Source of the DNA: a candidate division WOR-3 bacterium
GTDB lineage: Bacteria; Hydrothermota; Hydrothermia; JBDRYB01
Direction: 5' to 3'
Assembly: GCA_039803205.1 (NCBI GenBank)
Contig: JBDRYB010000001.1
Span: 32,001-96,000 of the forward strand
Length of the DNA: 64,000 nucleotides
Position numbers and translations under genes: made by a program. This document shows positions 36,319-47,648 of the stretch, in pieces. The number at the start of each line of letters is the position of its first letter. The first letter of the stretch is position 1. The notes under the pieces were generated by a model. The model had not been told where the DNA came from, did no database searches, and saw nothing but the letters and a program-made list of their open reading frames with translations.

Positions 36319-37428
36319 TCATCCTTCCTCCAAGATGCCCCTTAGCCATCTCTCGGTCTCCTCCGCGGCTCTTTCCCAGGAGAACTGAGATGCCCAGGCC
36401 CTCGCCTCAGAGGACATCCGGGCCCGAAGGTCTTGGTCCAGGAGCAAGTCCCGGAGGGCTTTCGCCAGGCCATTGAGGTCTCCAAAGGGAACGAGGAACC
36501 CTGTTTTTCCAGGGGCAAGGGATTCCCTTATTCCCGGCACATCAAAAGCAACGACAGGGGTTCCGGAGGCCTGGGCCTCCGTGTTGACCAGGCCCCAACC
36601 CTCCTTCACCGATGTGTTTATCAGCACCCACGCGCCGGAAAGGAGCTTGGACTTATCTTCCTGGGGTATGAACCCGTGGAATGTGGTGTATGCACTCATC
36701 CCTCTCCTTCTGGCAAAGGCCTCAAGCGCTGGCCTGTATTCCCCATCGCCTATTATGTGAAATCTCAGGGGAACGCTCTCAGCAACCCGAGCAACCGCCT
36801 CCATTGACAGCTCTATCTTCTTGTATTTCTTCAGCCTGCCCACATATACAACGGTTGGCTCCGGAAACTTCTCTGTTGGCCTATACCTTTCGGTGTCCAC
36901 CCCTGAATATATTATCTTTATATCATCCCTCCGAAATCCCCATCTCACCAGGTCCTCCCTCGTGCTCTCGGAGATCACGGCGAAAGGCAAGCCCTTGTAG
37001 CAATATCTAATGCTTATCTCGTAAAGATAAACATAGAGCGCTAAGGGGAAGGGCAGCTCCTGGAATATGGTTTTGCCGAAGAAATGCATGGCCATGCAGG
37101 CTATCTTCGGCCCTCTGACGAACCTCCTCGCGTAGAACGGCAGTTTGTTGAGGTCCTCAATTACCAGATCGAAGCCCTCGCGGGCGAATTCCTTCTTGTA
37201 AATGCCGGGGAGCTGATAGTTAAAGATGTTCCGGGAGCCGCGCCTGTGAACCATTATCCCATCCATCTCCTCGTCCCCAGGGAGACCCGGCACCCCGCAT
37301 ACTACGAGGTGGACATCGTGCCCCTTCCTGGCGATCCTGCCAAATACCTCGTGGAGATAAACCTCAGCCCCCCCTCCAAAGGGATTTTTTATGTCCTGCC
37401 AGTTTATAACCAGAACCTTCAAGCACAA
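36319..37428 (-). CDS. Glycosyltransferase family 4
   Basis: NWQDIKNPFGGGAE, VGRLKKYK, KEGWGLVNTEAQASGTP. Confidence 0.9.
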   Translation of the reverse strand: MCLKVLVINWQDIKNPFGGGAEVYLHEVFGRIARKGHDVHLVVCGVPGLPGDEEMDGIMVHRRGSRNIFNYQLPGIYKKEFAREGFDLVIEDLNKLPFYARRFVRGPKIACMAMHFFGKTIFQELPFPLALYVYLYEISIRYCYKGLPFAVISESTREDLVRWGFRRDDIKIIYSGVDTERYRPTEKFPEPTVVYVGRLKKYKKIELSMEAVARVAESVPLRFHIIGDGEYRPALEAFARRRGMSAYTTFHGFIPQEDKSKLLSGAWVLINTSVKEGWGLVNTEAQASGTPVVAFDVPGIRESLAPGKTGFLVPFGDLNGLAKALRDLLLDQDLRARMSSEARAWASQFSWERAAEETERWLRGILEEG

Positions 37429-37463
37429 AGCATATCGCAGGGAAGCGTCCTAAAACAAGCTGG

Positions 37464-38105
37464 TTATTGATACCGTCCGCCCTTCTTCTCAGCCTTCGCC
37501 TTCAGTAGTTTGAGCCTGAATGTATCCTCCCTCCCCCTGTCCTCAAGAACCTGCCTTATGAAGGCGATCTCACCATCAAGGTCCGGAATTATCTTCTGTT
37601 CAAGAGCGTTGACGCGCCGGGTCGTCTTCTTTATCTCCAGGCCCATCTTCTTGAGCTTGATCTCCGTTGGGACCAGGGCCAAAACAGCCTCAAGTAGCCT
37701 CTCAAACTCCTCTGCTGTCCAATCTATCCTGCTCGTTATGGAAAATGGGGAGTATCCCCTGGCGAGAAGCCCCTTGGTCGCGGCGCCCGGCTCAAGGGAT
37801 GGAAGATGAACCCCCCAGACCTTCCTATCCTTGATTTCAACGGATAGATCCGCGCCAGAAGCCATGCCTGCCGAGGCGAGAGCCTCCGGACCATCAATGC
37901 CCATGGCCACAGCCAGGGCCGAAAGGGCCTTTCTGGTTCTCTCGCTCAGGTCCCTCCGCTGAGCGAGAAGCGGTTTTATCAGGGCCATGAACTCCGCCAG
38001 AAGTGCCTCGCGTTTGTTCCTCAGGAGGCTCGCGCCATCTGTCGCGAGCTTGCGCTGGCGTTTTTTAGCCAGGAGGACCATCCTCGTTGGGGTTATCCTT
38101 GCCAC
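37464..38105 (-). CDS. V/A-type ATP synthase subunit D
   Basis: PTRMVLL, LL..KREAL, EIKKTTRRVNALEQ.IIP, REDTFRLK. Confidence 0.92.
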   Translation of the reverse strand: MARITPTRMVLLAKKRQRKLATDGASLLRNKREALLAEFMALIKPLLAQRRDLSERTRKALSALAVAMGIDGPEALASAGMASGADLSVEIKDRKVWGVHLPSLEPGAATKGLLARGYSPFSITSRIDWTAEEFERLLEAVLALVPTEIKLKKMGLEIKKTTRRVNALEQKIIPDLDGEIAFIRQVLEDRGREDTFRLKLLKAKAEKKGGRYQ

Positions 38106-38158
38106 AGGCCGAAAAATCTAATGCAAGGTGGCAATAAGTTGCAAGGCCGGGGTTATAA

Positions 38159-39454
<1,296 letters not shown>

Positions 39455-39793
39455 TTGGCGAGAAAGGGAAGGACAAGGGCGGTTCTCAGGTGGTTTCTCA
39501 TCCTGGGCGGGTTTATCTTTGTTTACTACATTGGAACAACCCTCTATGGCCTCATCCGGGTGAAGATTGAACACGCCAAAACCCAAAAAGAATTGCTTCA
39601 CCTCAGGGCAAGGACCCTTGCTCTTGAAGCACGAAGGGAGGCCCTAAAGGACCCTGAAGTAATAAAAATGATAGCTGAGAGAAGGCTCGGGATGAGGCTC
39701 AGAAACCCCGTGAACCCAGTGGACAGCCTGAGGGGTGATAGCGCGGCTGGACATGGCCCGGATTCGGAGAAATCTCCAGCGCCAAAGCCGTGA
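39455..39793 (+). CDS. Septum formation initiator (FtsB/DivIC family)
   Basis: Single TM, coiled coil, DPEVIKMIAERRLGM; follows eno. Confidence 0.7.
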   Translation: MARKGRTRAVLRWFLILGGFIFVYYIGTTLYGLIRVKIEHAKTQKELLHLRARTLALEARREALKDPEVIKMIAERRLGMRLRNPVNPVDSLRGDSAAGHGPDSEKSPAPKP

Positions 39794-39794
39794 A

Positions 39795-40484
39795 CTACTG
39801 AGCCAATCTCAGGCCCCAGGCCGCTATCTCAGTATCACCAGCTAGGATCGCGCCCAAAACCCCATCTTGGCCCTTTATAGCCTCCATGGCCTCGCGAACA
39901 GGAACCCCGGGGCCCAGCTCGTTTCCGAGCCTCGTTGCCCACGCATCTGCCAGAGCACCTGATTCCGCGACAACGGTAGCGGCCCAGGCATTGCCCAGGC
40001 TGAGAGAGGGGCCTAATCTGCCTGAGGATGTCGCTATTCCCCACCTCCCTGGGGGGATAACGAGCCTCAGGCTGGGGAGCTTCGGGTTGCCGATGAATGC
40101 CTCAGCGACCCTTTCCTCTCCTGTCCTAATGAAGACATCTCCACCGTTTTCTATGGCCATATCGCCTTCGTAGGCCTGGCATATCTCCTCAGCAAAGGCC
40201 CCAGCGACCCCTGCCATTGGGCCGACCCCAGCGGCTTCAGCCGCGCTACACATCTTTGCCACTATATCAGGAACAGGTGGAGATGGATCAACCGGCTCAA
40301 GGCTCATCTTGAATATGGGATGCCTAGCGATATACCCCTCTAGCTCAGACCAGAGCTCCTTCAATCTCTCGCAAGCTGGTCCAGAGGGGATGGGCTCCTC
40401 CGATAAAAGGAGGATATCGGAGTGTCTGTAGACTATCCTGATGGCATGCCGCCAACCGGAGACCCTTCCCCTGTATGGTTTCAT
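39795..40484 (-). CDS. UPF0280/ApbE-like protein (COG2122)
   Basis: AGVGPMAGVAGA, ENGGD, GIATSSG..G.S.S.G, ADAWAT..GN. Confidence 0.85.
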   Translation of the reverse strand: MKPYRGRVSGWRHAIRIVYRHSDILLLSEEPIPSGPACERLKELWSELEGYIARHPIFKMSLEPVDPSPPVPDIVAKMCSAAEAAGVGPMAGVAGAFAEEICQAYEGDMAIENGGDVFIRTGEERVAEAFIGNPKLPSLRLVIPPGRWGIATSSGRLGPSLSLGNAWAATVVAESGALADAWATRLGNELGPGVPVREAMEAIKGQDGVLGAILAGDTEIAAWGLRLAQ

Positions 40485-40864
40485 TCAAGCGCCTCAAGAG
40501 CCTGAGTGGGGCAGGAATCTATGCAGAATAGGCAAAAAAAGCAGGCATCCGGGTCAAATTGAAGCGCGTCGTTCTTCATGTGGAGGGCACCAGATAGGCA
40601 AACACCAACGCAACTCCCGCAGTCAACGCATCGCTCCTCATGCCGAACTATCTTTTCAGCCAGGGGGATAACCGAGACCCCCGCGGCCTCCAGCCACTCA
40701 ATTGCTGGGCCCGCGTCCTCAGGTATATCTACTACCATCTCACCGATCTCCCGAGGGCTAACGCTCGCCCGCAGGATGTTTATCTCAACGCCCTTCTCCC
40801 TTATCAGGGCTGAGATTATTGGCTTGTCCAAAAGCTGGCTTGGAAACCTGAGAAATAGTTTCAT
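40481..40864 (-). CDS. NIL domain + 2x[4Fe-4S] ferredoxin (MA1822-like)
   Basis: KPIIS.L.....INILRA NIL motif; CVDCGSCVGVC and CFFCLFCIDSCP. Confidence 0.85.
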   Translation of the reverse strand: MKLFLRFPSQLLDKPIISALIREKGVEINILRASVSPREIGEMVVDIPEDAGPAIEWLEAAGVSVIPLAEKIVRHEERCVDCGSCVGVCLSGALHMKNDALQFDPDACFFCLFCIDSCPTQALEALE

Positions 40865-40865
40865 T

Positions 40866-42011
40866 TCACGCCTCCAGGTTCCTGATCTGGCCATCCACCG
40901 GAAGGGGAGCTGTTCGCTCGGATAGCCTGAACACGCCTCTCCTGATCCACTCCCTGAGGGTTTCCGCGACCTTCCTTGAGAGCCTCATGCTCGTCCGAGA
41001 GCCTGTTTTTACCGGTTTTCCCATTATCTCAACATAGCCGGATCTGAGCTCTCGGTATGAGACGAGTTTTACCCGGGGCCTTGCCCTTCTCGGGATTCCG
41101 TAGTCAAGAATGGCTGTCTTGATGAGGCTATCGGGCCTTGAGGCGGACTCAGCTATATCCTCGTCAAGTATGGGTATTGCGGTTCCTATGCCAAGAAAAA
41201 GGCTAATTCCGTATCCCGGGATGTAGGCGGCCCTCAGGAACTCAGCGCTCATCTCCTTCAGATTGCCAACAAGGGCAAGGGTCGCGCCGGGTGTGAGTGG
41301 CAGGCCGGACTCGTCCCTCATGGGGGATGCGTTGAACTGGGTTCCCTCCCAGGCAACATAGCCTATTGCTCCCCCGAGGAACACTCGCGTCCCTATGCCT
41401 ATGGTCCTCAGATCAGGGTCCTTCAGGAGGGGTGAGAGCTCCCCTGATGTGGCATACATGACATTCCCGTAGCCGGGGAGGAGTTTCCCCATGTATGTGT
41501 ATAGAACCCTCTCAGAGGAATTTGTGGCCGCTGGATAGTTCTGATACAGGTTTCTCGGGTTAAAGAGGAACGCCTGATTGATATCCTTCAGGGTTATCTC
41601 CGCCTCAACATGCTCCCTTGGATAGCAATCCGTGCGGGCCCCTCTTGCTGAGAGCCTAACCCTCTCGCCCCTCAAAAGGGCCTCTATCACATGCGCGCCG
41701 CCATACCGAGGGTCGCTCTCAGAGGCCTGGGTTGCTCCCATGTAAAGGTCAACCGCGGCAAGGCCGCCGTGCGCCTCAACCCCGTTCAGGAAAACCCTCT
41801 GGAGCTTAGCTGGAGGGTCGGTGTGGCCAGTGTTCAGGAAAAGGCCAGAACTGCACATCATTCCAAAAGTCCCTGTTGTCACAACATCAACCCTTTGGGC
41901 TATTGCCTTTGTCCCCTCTGATTCTCGGAGCCTCGCGGCCTCCTCGGCCGTGAGAACGACAACATCGCCTCTTGCTATTTTTTCGTTTATCTGCTCTATG
42001 GTTCTTCGCAT
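40866..42011 (-). CDS. Homocysteine biosynthesis protein / L-aspartate semialdehyde sulfurtransferase (DUF39, MA1821-like)
   Basis: RTIEQINEKI..G.VVVLTAEE, VDVVTTGTFG.MCSSG, YGGAHVIE, TDCYPR, NPRN.YQNY, GELSPLL.DP. Confidence 0.9.
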   Translation of the reverse strand: MRRTIEQINEKIARGDVVVLTAEEAARLRESEGTKAIAQRVDVVTTGTFGMMCSSGLFLNTGHTDPPAKLQRVFLNGVEAHGGLAAVDLYMGATQASESDPRYGGAHVIEALLRGERVRLSARGARTDCYPREHVEAEITLKDINQAFLFNPRNLYQNYPAATNSSERVLYTYMGKLLPGYGNVMYATSGELSPLLKDPDLRTIGIGTRVFLGGAIGYVAWEGTQFNASPMRDESGLPLTPGATLALVGNLKEMSAEFLRAAYIPGYGISLFLGIGTAIPILDEDIAESASRPDSLIKTAILDYGIPRRARPRVKLVSYRELRSGYVEIMGKPVKTGSRTSMRLSRKVAETLREWIRRGVFRLSERTAPLPVDGQIRNLEA

Positions 42012-42254
42012 AAAAACATCTCCTTTTGTCTTGGGTTTCTCAGGGGAGAGCGCAGTGTAGCTCGCGCCAGATCACGCGCCTGTCTGCGAAGCAGACCCAT
42101 GCCCCCGGCCCGGGGGCCGGAGAATGGCGCGCATGTCATAGGATCTCATTCGGTTGGGAGCAAATTATGGATCAAGCGGAGGGAGAGATTCAACCTGAAG
42201 CAACAAGCTTTCTCTACTGGCAAAATGAGGACTCCAACCATTATAATATTCAGG

Positions 42255-42602
42255 ATGACTTCCCTTGATGTGCTTTGGGTGGCGGTAGCTTTCTCAGTGA
42301 TCCTTATTGCCGTTGGCCTTTTTATTGCCCTCTTGGAACTACGGAACCTACTCAGGGACGCCAGGAACACAGTTAGAATAACCAACGCGGAGCTTCCCGA
42401 CATTCTGAAAAGCCTGTCGGGAGCTGTGGAAGAAATAAGGGGGGCCGCGTCAAACCTAAACCTTATCACGGGCGGACTGGCCTCGGTCTCCGGGGCCATA
42501 TCTTCGGTATCAGAGAAATTGAAGGGTGGTTGGTTCGGGACAGGCTTGGCCGCAGGCATAGACCTCATTAGAAACCTATTCAGAAGGAGGAAAGAGAAAT
42601 GA
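42255..42602 (+). CDS. DUF948-like membrane-anchored coiled-coil protein
   Basis: N-terminal TM, helical body, typical pairing with YtxH. Confidence 0.6.
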   Translation: MTSLDVLWVAVAFSVILIAVGLFIALLELRNLLRDARNTVRITNAELPDILKSLSGAVEEIRGAASNLNLITGGLASVSGAISSVSEKLKGGWFGTGLAAGIDLIRNLFRRRKEK

Positions 42603-42814
42603 GCGATAGAGGCAGTTCAACCGGATGGGCCCTGGCGGGTTTTGCCCTGGGGGTCATAGTTGGGGCCGCTATAGGCGTGCTTCTAGCCCCGGCCTCCGGA
42701 GAAGAAACCAGGGAACGCCTGAAGGAGACCCTTGAAAAAGCAAAGGAGAAAGGCAAAGAGCTCGTTGAGAAGGCCAGGGAAAAGCTCTTTGAACAAGAAG
42801 AGGAAGAGGTATAG
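42599..42814 (+). CDS. YtxH domain protein
   Basis: GF.LG..VGAA.GVLLAPASGEETR. Confidence 0.85.
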   Translation: MSDRGSSTGWALAGFALGVIVGAAIGVLLAPASGEETRERLKETLEKAKEKGKELVEKAREKLFEQEEEEV

Positions 42815-42860
42815 GCCACGGAGGCAGGCCATCGCTTTGTCTCCATAAGGAGAGTCTACC

Positions 42861-43850
42861 ATGCTCATAGGTATAAATGGTTTCGGCCGGGTTGGCCGGC
42901 AGGTGTTTAAGATAGCCCTAGAGAGAGGGCACAAGGTCGTTGGCATAAACGACCTTTTTGACGCAAGCGTGCTCGCGCATCTTCTCAAGTATGACTCGGT
43001 CTACGGCAAATATGAGAAGAGGGTTGAGGCCGGAGAGGGCTTCATAGCCGTGGATGGCCTCAGGATCCCTGTCACCGCGCACAAGGACCCGAAGGATATA
43101 CCGTGGGGAGACTGGAAGGCTGAGATCGTAATTGAGGCATCCGGAGCCTTCAGGTCAAAGGACAAGGCCTCCGCGCACCTAAGGGATACGGTTAAGAAGG
43201 TCATAATAACCGCACCGGCCAAAGGCGAGATAGACGCGACCTTCGTTATGGGCTGTAATGAGAACACATACGATCCCCAGAAGCACCATATCGTGTCCAA
43301 CGCTTCCTGCACGACCAACGCCTTCGCGCACATGGTTCGGGTGATAAAGGAACGCTTCGGGATAAAGAGGGGCCTAATGACCACGGTCCACGCCTACACA
43401 AACGATCAACGCATACTTGACTCGCCCCACAAGGACCTGAGAAGGGCCAGGTCCGCTGGCATATCCATAATCCCCACATCAACCGGAGCGGCAAAGGCGA
43501 TAACCATAATATACCCAGAGCTCAAAGGAAAGCTTGACGCTGTCGCCCTGAGGGTCCCAACCCAGGACGCTTCCCTCGTTGATTTCGCGGTTGAGGTTGA
43601 GAGGCCAACCACACCTGAGGAGGTCAATGAGGCATTCCGGGCCTACGCAGATGCAAATCCAAAATACATGGGGATAGCCGAGGACGAGCTCGTCTCCATA
43701 GACATAGTTGGGGAGCGCAGGTCCGTAATATTTGACCCGTTCCTCACCCAGGTGGTTGACGGAACGCTCGTGAAGGTATTCGGCTGGTATGACAACGAGT
43801 GGGGCTATTCCGAGAGGGTCGTTGATCTGGCCGAGCACATGCTGAAATAA
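42861..43850 (+). CDS. gap: Glyceraldehyde-3-phosphate dehydrogenase type I
   Basis: GINGFGRVGR, SNASCTTN, WYDNEWGYS. Confidence 0.97.
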   Translation: MLIGINGFGRVGRQVFKIALERGHKVVGINDLFDASVLAHLLKYDSVYGKYEKRVEAGEGFIAVDGLRIPVTAHKDPKDIPWGDWKAEIVIEASGAFRSKDKASAHLRDTVKKVIITAPAKGEIDATFVMGCNENTYDPQKHHIVSNASCTTNAFAHMVRVIKERFGIKRGLMTTVHAYTNDQRILDSPHKDLRRARSAGISIIPTSTGAAKAITIIYPELKGKLDAVALRVPTQDASLVDFAVEVERPTTPEEVNEAFRAYADANPKYMGIAEDELVSIDIVGERRSVIFDPFLTQVVDGTLVKVFGWYDNEWGYSERVVDLAEHMLK

Positions 43851-43852
43851 CC

Positions 43853-45199
43853 TTGATAGCTTCTTGGAAACCAGGGAGGGATGTTCGTTATCATCCCTCC
43901 CTTTCTCACGCCTTGGGGTCTGGAGCACCCCTCATACTTTCCCTGGACGGAGGCGCTTCCCTCTTCAAGGGTTCGCTTGACCGATTTCTCGTTGAGCTTC
44001 AGAAGCCAGGCGTCTCACTCGCTTACTCCTCATACGAAACGGATTCCGGCGCGGTTGAGGCAATGCCCTTTAATCGCGACATAACCGAGCGCTTCCCATT
44101 TGGGCCGGTAAGGGCTTACCTCTCGGAAAAACTCATGGGAACCGGGGCAGAGGGGTTCACATATGCGTGGGAATACCACGCGAGGCTGGTTCTTGAGGAG
44201 CGAGGGCTTTTGCCATCAGCGATCCCGGAGCCCCTCTACTTTTACGAGCCGGATCTGAGACCGAGGCCGGACCTCAGGGAGTATTGGGACAAGGGTGAAA
44301 GGGGTTCTCATGACCTCTGGGAACCCTTCTCTTACCTGAATTATCCCCCGGAGGCGGACTCGGAGATCCGCGAAGTCTTCTACGCTATGCTCAGGAGGCG
44401 AGAGGCCTTCCTTGAGGATTTTGAGCCTGAGAGAAGATTTCCGCCCGGCAAAGGGGACTACAAACTCATGGCTTCTGTGGTGATCCCCGTCAGAAACAGG
44501 GAGCAGTTTATTGGCCGAGCAATTGAATCCGCTCTCGCTCAGGACTTCTCAGACTACGAGGTTATCGTTGTTGACAACGCATCGGAGGACAAAACAAGGG
44601 ATGTCGTGAGGAATTTTGACGATCCCAGGCTCCGGTTGATAGAGAACCCAAATGGCTCAATTGCTTTTGCTCTGAACACTGGCCTCAGGGCCGCGAGGGG
44701 AAAATACATTCTGCAGCTTGACTCGGATGACGCGTATGCCCCGGAGACCGTGCGCATCATGGTTGGTTTCATGGAGGCGCACCCGGAGTGCGGCCTTGCC
44801 ATATCCTATTATCAGATAACCGACGAAAACCTAAATCCCCTGCCGGGCGGCATAGTTAGGCATCTGGAATACGACAGGAACAACATACTGAGGTGCGAGG
44901 GCGCTGGTGCTGTTCGCTGTTGGAGAAAGGAAGTATTGCTTGAGATAGGTGGTTTTGACGAGGAGTTCGGGATGTATGGTGAGGATTACGATGCTGTCAT
45001 AAAGGTCTCTGAGAGATACGATGTCTGCCGCGTTCACGAGGTCCTTTACTTCTACAGGAGACACAAGGGCTCTCAGGATGTTGTCCAGTCCAGGTCCCAT
45101 AGGCTTGATGCTAAGACCAGAATAAGGTTAAGAGCCATAGAAAGAAGAAGGGCGCTGGTCAAGAGCCGTGAAGCTAGAGGATATTCCAAAGATACTTGA
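43853..45199 (+). CDS. Glycosyltransferase family 2 (degenerate N-terminal GT-like domain plus intact C-terminal domain)
   Basis: SVVIPVRNR, VVDNASED, QLDSDD, YGEDYD. Confidence 0.85.
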   Translation: MIASWKPGRDVRYHPSLSHALGSGAPLILSLDGGASLFKGSLDRFLVELQKPGVSLAYSSYETDSGAVEAMPFNRDITERFPFGPVRAYLSEKLMGTGAEGFTYAWEYHARLVLEERGLLPSAIPEPLYFYEPDLRPRPDLREYWDKGERGSHDLWEPFSYLNYPPEADSEIREVFYAMLRRREAFLEDFEPERRFPPGKGDYKLMASVVIPVRNREQFIGRAIESALAQDFSDYEVIVVDNASEDKTRDVVRNFDDPRLRLIENPNGSIAFALNTGLRAARGKYILQLDSDDAYAPETVRIMVGFMEAHPECGLAISYYQITDENLNPLPGGIVRHLEYDRNNILRCEGAGAVRCWRKEVLLEIGGFDEEFGMYGEDYDAVIKVSERYDVCRVHEVLYFYRRHKGSQDVVQSRSHRLDAKTRIRLRAIERRRALVKSREARGYSKDT

Positions 45200-45821
45200 G
45201 GCCAGATACGGAAGGCCTAAGAGAAAGCCAAAGCCCCTCCTTGATTGTCTGGTGAGGACCATACTTTCTCAGAACACAAACGATAAGCTCAGGGATGAGG
45301 CGTATTCCCAGCTCCTCAAGAGGTTCGGCTCCTGGAAAGAGGCGCGCGAGGCCACGGTTTCGGAAATAGCGCGCGCCATAAGGGTAGCAGGACTACACAA
45401 ACAAAAGGCCAGGGCCATAAAGGCTCTCATTGAACTGGCCTCAGCCTACGGATACGATCTCTCTTTCGTGAGCGAAATGGATCCGGACCAAGCTTATGCC
45501 TTCCTCAGAAAGATCAGGGGTATAGGTGACAAGACCGCGAAGGTTTGCCTTCTTTTCTCTTTCGGAATGCCATTTTTCCCCGTTGATACGCACATAAACC
45601 GCGTCGCTAAAAGGATAGGCTTGGCCCATAAAAACTGGACGAGGGAAAGGGTTTCCGAACGCCTTGAGAGGCTCTTTGAGCCGAGAGATTACTATTCTCT
45701 GCATCTAAACCTGATAGAACTGGGGCGCGATCTCTGCAAGCCGCGCGAGCCGAGGTGCGGGGAGTGCCCGATTAGGGCGGTCTGCTCTTTTGGGAAACGC
45801 TCTTCAGGGTCCCCAGTTTGA
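45168..45821 (+). CDS. nth: Endonuclease III family DNA glycosylase
   Basis: TILSQNTND, GIGDKTA, PVDTHINRV, CKPREPRCGECPIRAVC. Confidence 0.88.
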   Translation: MKLEDIPKILEARYGRPKRKPKPLLDCLVRTILSQNTNDKLRDEAYSQLLKRFGSWKEAREATVSEIARAIRVAGLHKQKARAIKALIELASAYGYDLSFVSEMDPDQAYAFLRKIRGIGDKTAKVCLLFSFGMPFFPVDTHINRVAKRIGLAHKNWTRERVSERLERLFEPRDYYSLHLNLIELGRDLCKPREPRCGECPIRAVCSFGKRSSGSPV

Positions 45822-45829
45822 GGGCCCGG

Positions 45830-46807
45830 TTAATGTCCCGCAAAATGGTCATAACCCGAGGATGCTAGGCTCTTCTCAGTCCCGTTAACTATTATTCTGG
45901 AGTCCGGCCTCCCCTCCCTCGCTGAACCCACCACAGTCGCGGGGAAATTCAGCTTTGAGAGCCAGGCCTCGTCCTTCGGGCTTATGGCAAGAAGAACCTC
46001 GTATTCCTCCCCAGACTCTAAGGCGAGCTCCCACGGAGGCTTCTTCGCCCTCTCGGCTATAACCTTCACGGAATCATCTATGGGAAGACGATTGATGTCT
46101 ATGACAACCTCAACCTCTGAGGCAATAGCGAGCCTCCAGGAATCAACTCCGAGGCCATCGGATATATCTATTGCCGCGTGGAGCTCCACATCCATGGCAA
46201 GGCGCTGTATCTGCCTTATGGCTGGCCATGGACGGGCAAACTTCTCCCGAAGGCGCCTGAGCCACGGTTCGTATCCTCGCGTTACTCCCATCTCCTCAGC
46301 AAGGAGCCAACCCCTAACCCTTCCTATGTCCCCCGTGATGACCAGGAGGTCTCCGGGCTGGACGCCTCTCCTGGTTATTGCCTTGCCTTTCGCTATCTCG
46401 CCTATGACCACAACGGAGAGCCCAAGCTTCTCCCCCCTAGAGAGATTTCCGCCGCACGGCGAGATGCAGAACGCTGACATCAACTCCTCCATTCCCTCGT
46501 ATATCTCGGATGCCCTGCCCGCGAGCCTCTTCGGAAGCTGGATGTCAACCAGGAATGTGATGGGTTCCGCGCCCACTGCCGCGAGGTCGCTGAGAGCACC
46601 AGCCAGGGCCCTGTGTCCTATCTCCCTGAGGGTCAGGACATCAAGGGTAAAGTGCACATCCTCATGCGATGAATCAACGGAAACAGCCAGCTCCTTGCCC
46701 GGTATTTCAAGGATAATGGCGGTGTCGTCTCCTGGCCCCAGGGAAACCCTCGGATGCTCCCTGAAGAATGTTGCGAGACTGGTTACTATCTCATCTTCTC
46801 TGATCAT
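45830..46807 (-). CDS. thiL: Thiamine-monophosphate kinase
   Basis: GPGDDTA, LSDLAAVGA, IDISDGL, SGEEYE, GYDHF. Confidence 0.9.
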   Translation of the reverse strand: MIREDEIVTSLATFFREHPRVSLGPGDDTAIILEIPGKELAVSVDSSHEDVHFTLDVLTLREIGHRALAGALSDLAAVGAEPITFLVDIQLPKRLAGRASEIYEGMEELMSAFCISPCGGNLSRGEKLGLSVVVIGEIAKGKAITRRGVQPGDLLVITGDIGRVRGWLLAEEMGVTRGYEPWLRRLREKFARPWPAIRQIQRLAMDVELHAAIDISDGLGVDSWRLAIASEVEVVIDINRLPIDDSVKVIAERAKKPPWELALESGEEYEVLLAISPKDEAWLSKLNFPATVVGSAREGRPDSRIIVNGTEKSLASSGYDHFAGH

Positions 46808-47631
46808 AGCTCTTTCAAGGCCTTATCTAGCTGTTCCTTACTTGGTGCTATCCCGTGCCAGCTGGGGTCGTCCTCCATGAATGAGACACCCTTGCCCTTT
46901 ACGGTCCTAGCCCTTACGAACACGGGCCCAAGACCGTAATCCCTCGCCCAGGCCAGCGTTTCTATGAGCTCGCGAAGGTCGTGCCCATCAACAGAACGGG
47001 TCTCCCAGCCGAATGCCCTGAACTTCTCCTCTATTGGCTCCATGCAAAGCACATCCGAACACCTTCCCTCTATCTGAAGCCCATTATGGTCAAGTATGGC
47101 GATGATGTTCCCTAGGCGGTAATGAGAGGCCGAGGCCGCTGCCTCCCAGACCTGGCCCTCGCCCAGCTCCCCATCTCCCAAAAGCACGAAAACCTTAGCC
47201 GGATTTCTGTCCAGGCGCAATGCCAGCGCCATCCCGACCGCGAAAGAGAAGCCCTGGCCCAGAGACCCTGTGGATGCCTCCACCCCCGGAACCGACCGGA
47301 AGTGCGGATGGCCCTGCAATAGGGAACCGGGTTTCCTCAGAGTCGCCAGGAGCTCGCGAGGGAAATAGCCACACCTCGCCAAGACCGCGTATAACCCGGG
47401 AACAGCGTGGCCCTTTGAGAGGATGAACCTGTCCCTCTCCGACCACCAGGGTTCATGAGGCCTGTGGTTCATGACGGCCCTGTAGAGAGCGAGGAGTATC
47501 TCAACCTCAGAGAGCGAGCCACCCGGATGGCCAGAACCAGCCTCAGCGAGCATAACGAGGATGTCCCGGCGTATGAGCCTCGCCTCCTCCTGGAGCTCTT
47601 CAATGGATGGCGAGAGGTTTCCCTTTTTCAC
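46804..47631 (-). CDS. Transketolase N-terminal (TPP-binding) subunit
   Basis: SGHPGGSLS, DRFILSKGH, TGSLGQG, GDGELGEG. Confidence 0.92.
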   Translation of the reverse strand: MKKGNLSPSIEELQEEARLIRRDILVMLAEAGSGHPGGSLSEVEILLALYRAVMNHRPHEPWWSERDRFILSKGHAVPGLYAVLARCGYFPRELLATLRKPGSLLQGHPHFRSVPGVEASTGSLGQGFSFAVGMALALRLDRNPAKVFVLLGDGELGEGQVWEAAASASHYRLGNIIAILDHNGLQIEGRCSDVLCMEPIEEKFRAFGWETRSVDGHDLRELIETLAWARDYGLGPVFVRARTVKGKGVSFMEDDPSWHGIAPSKEQLDKALKEL

Positions 47632-47648
47632 GAGCGGATGGCGAGCAC

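Noticed and set aside
45984..46880. 298-aa plus-strand ORF and other long antisense ORFs (e.g. 1017-1544, 18568-19182, 52620-53162, 56009-56563)
   Set aside because: Shadow frames opposite well-supported genes, Ser/Pro/Arg-rich with no recognisable motifs; expected in GC-rich DNA.
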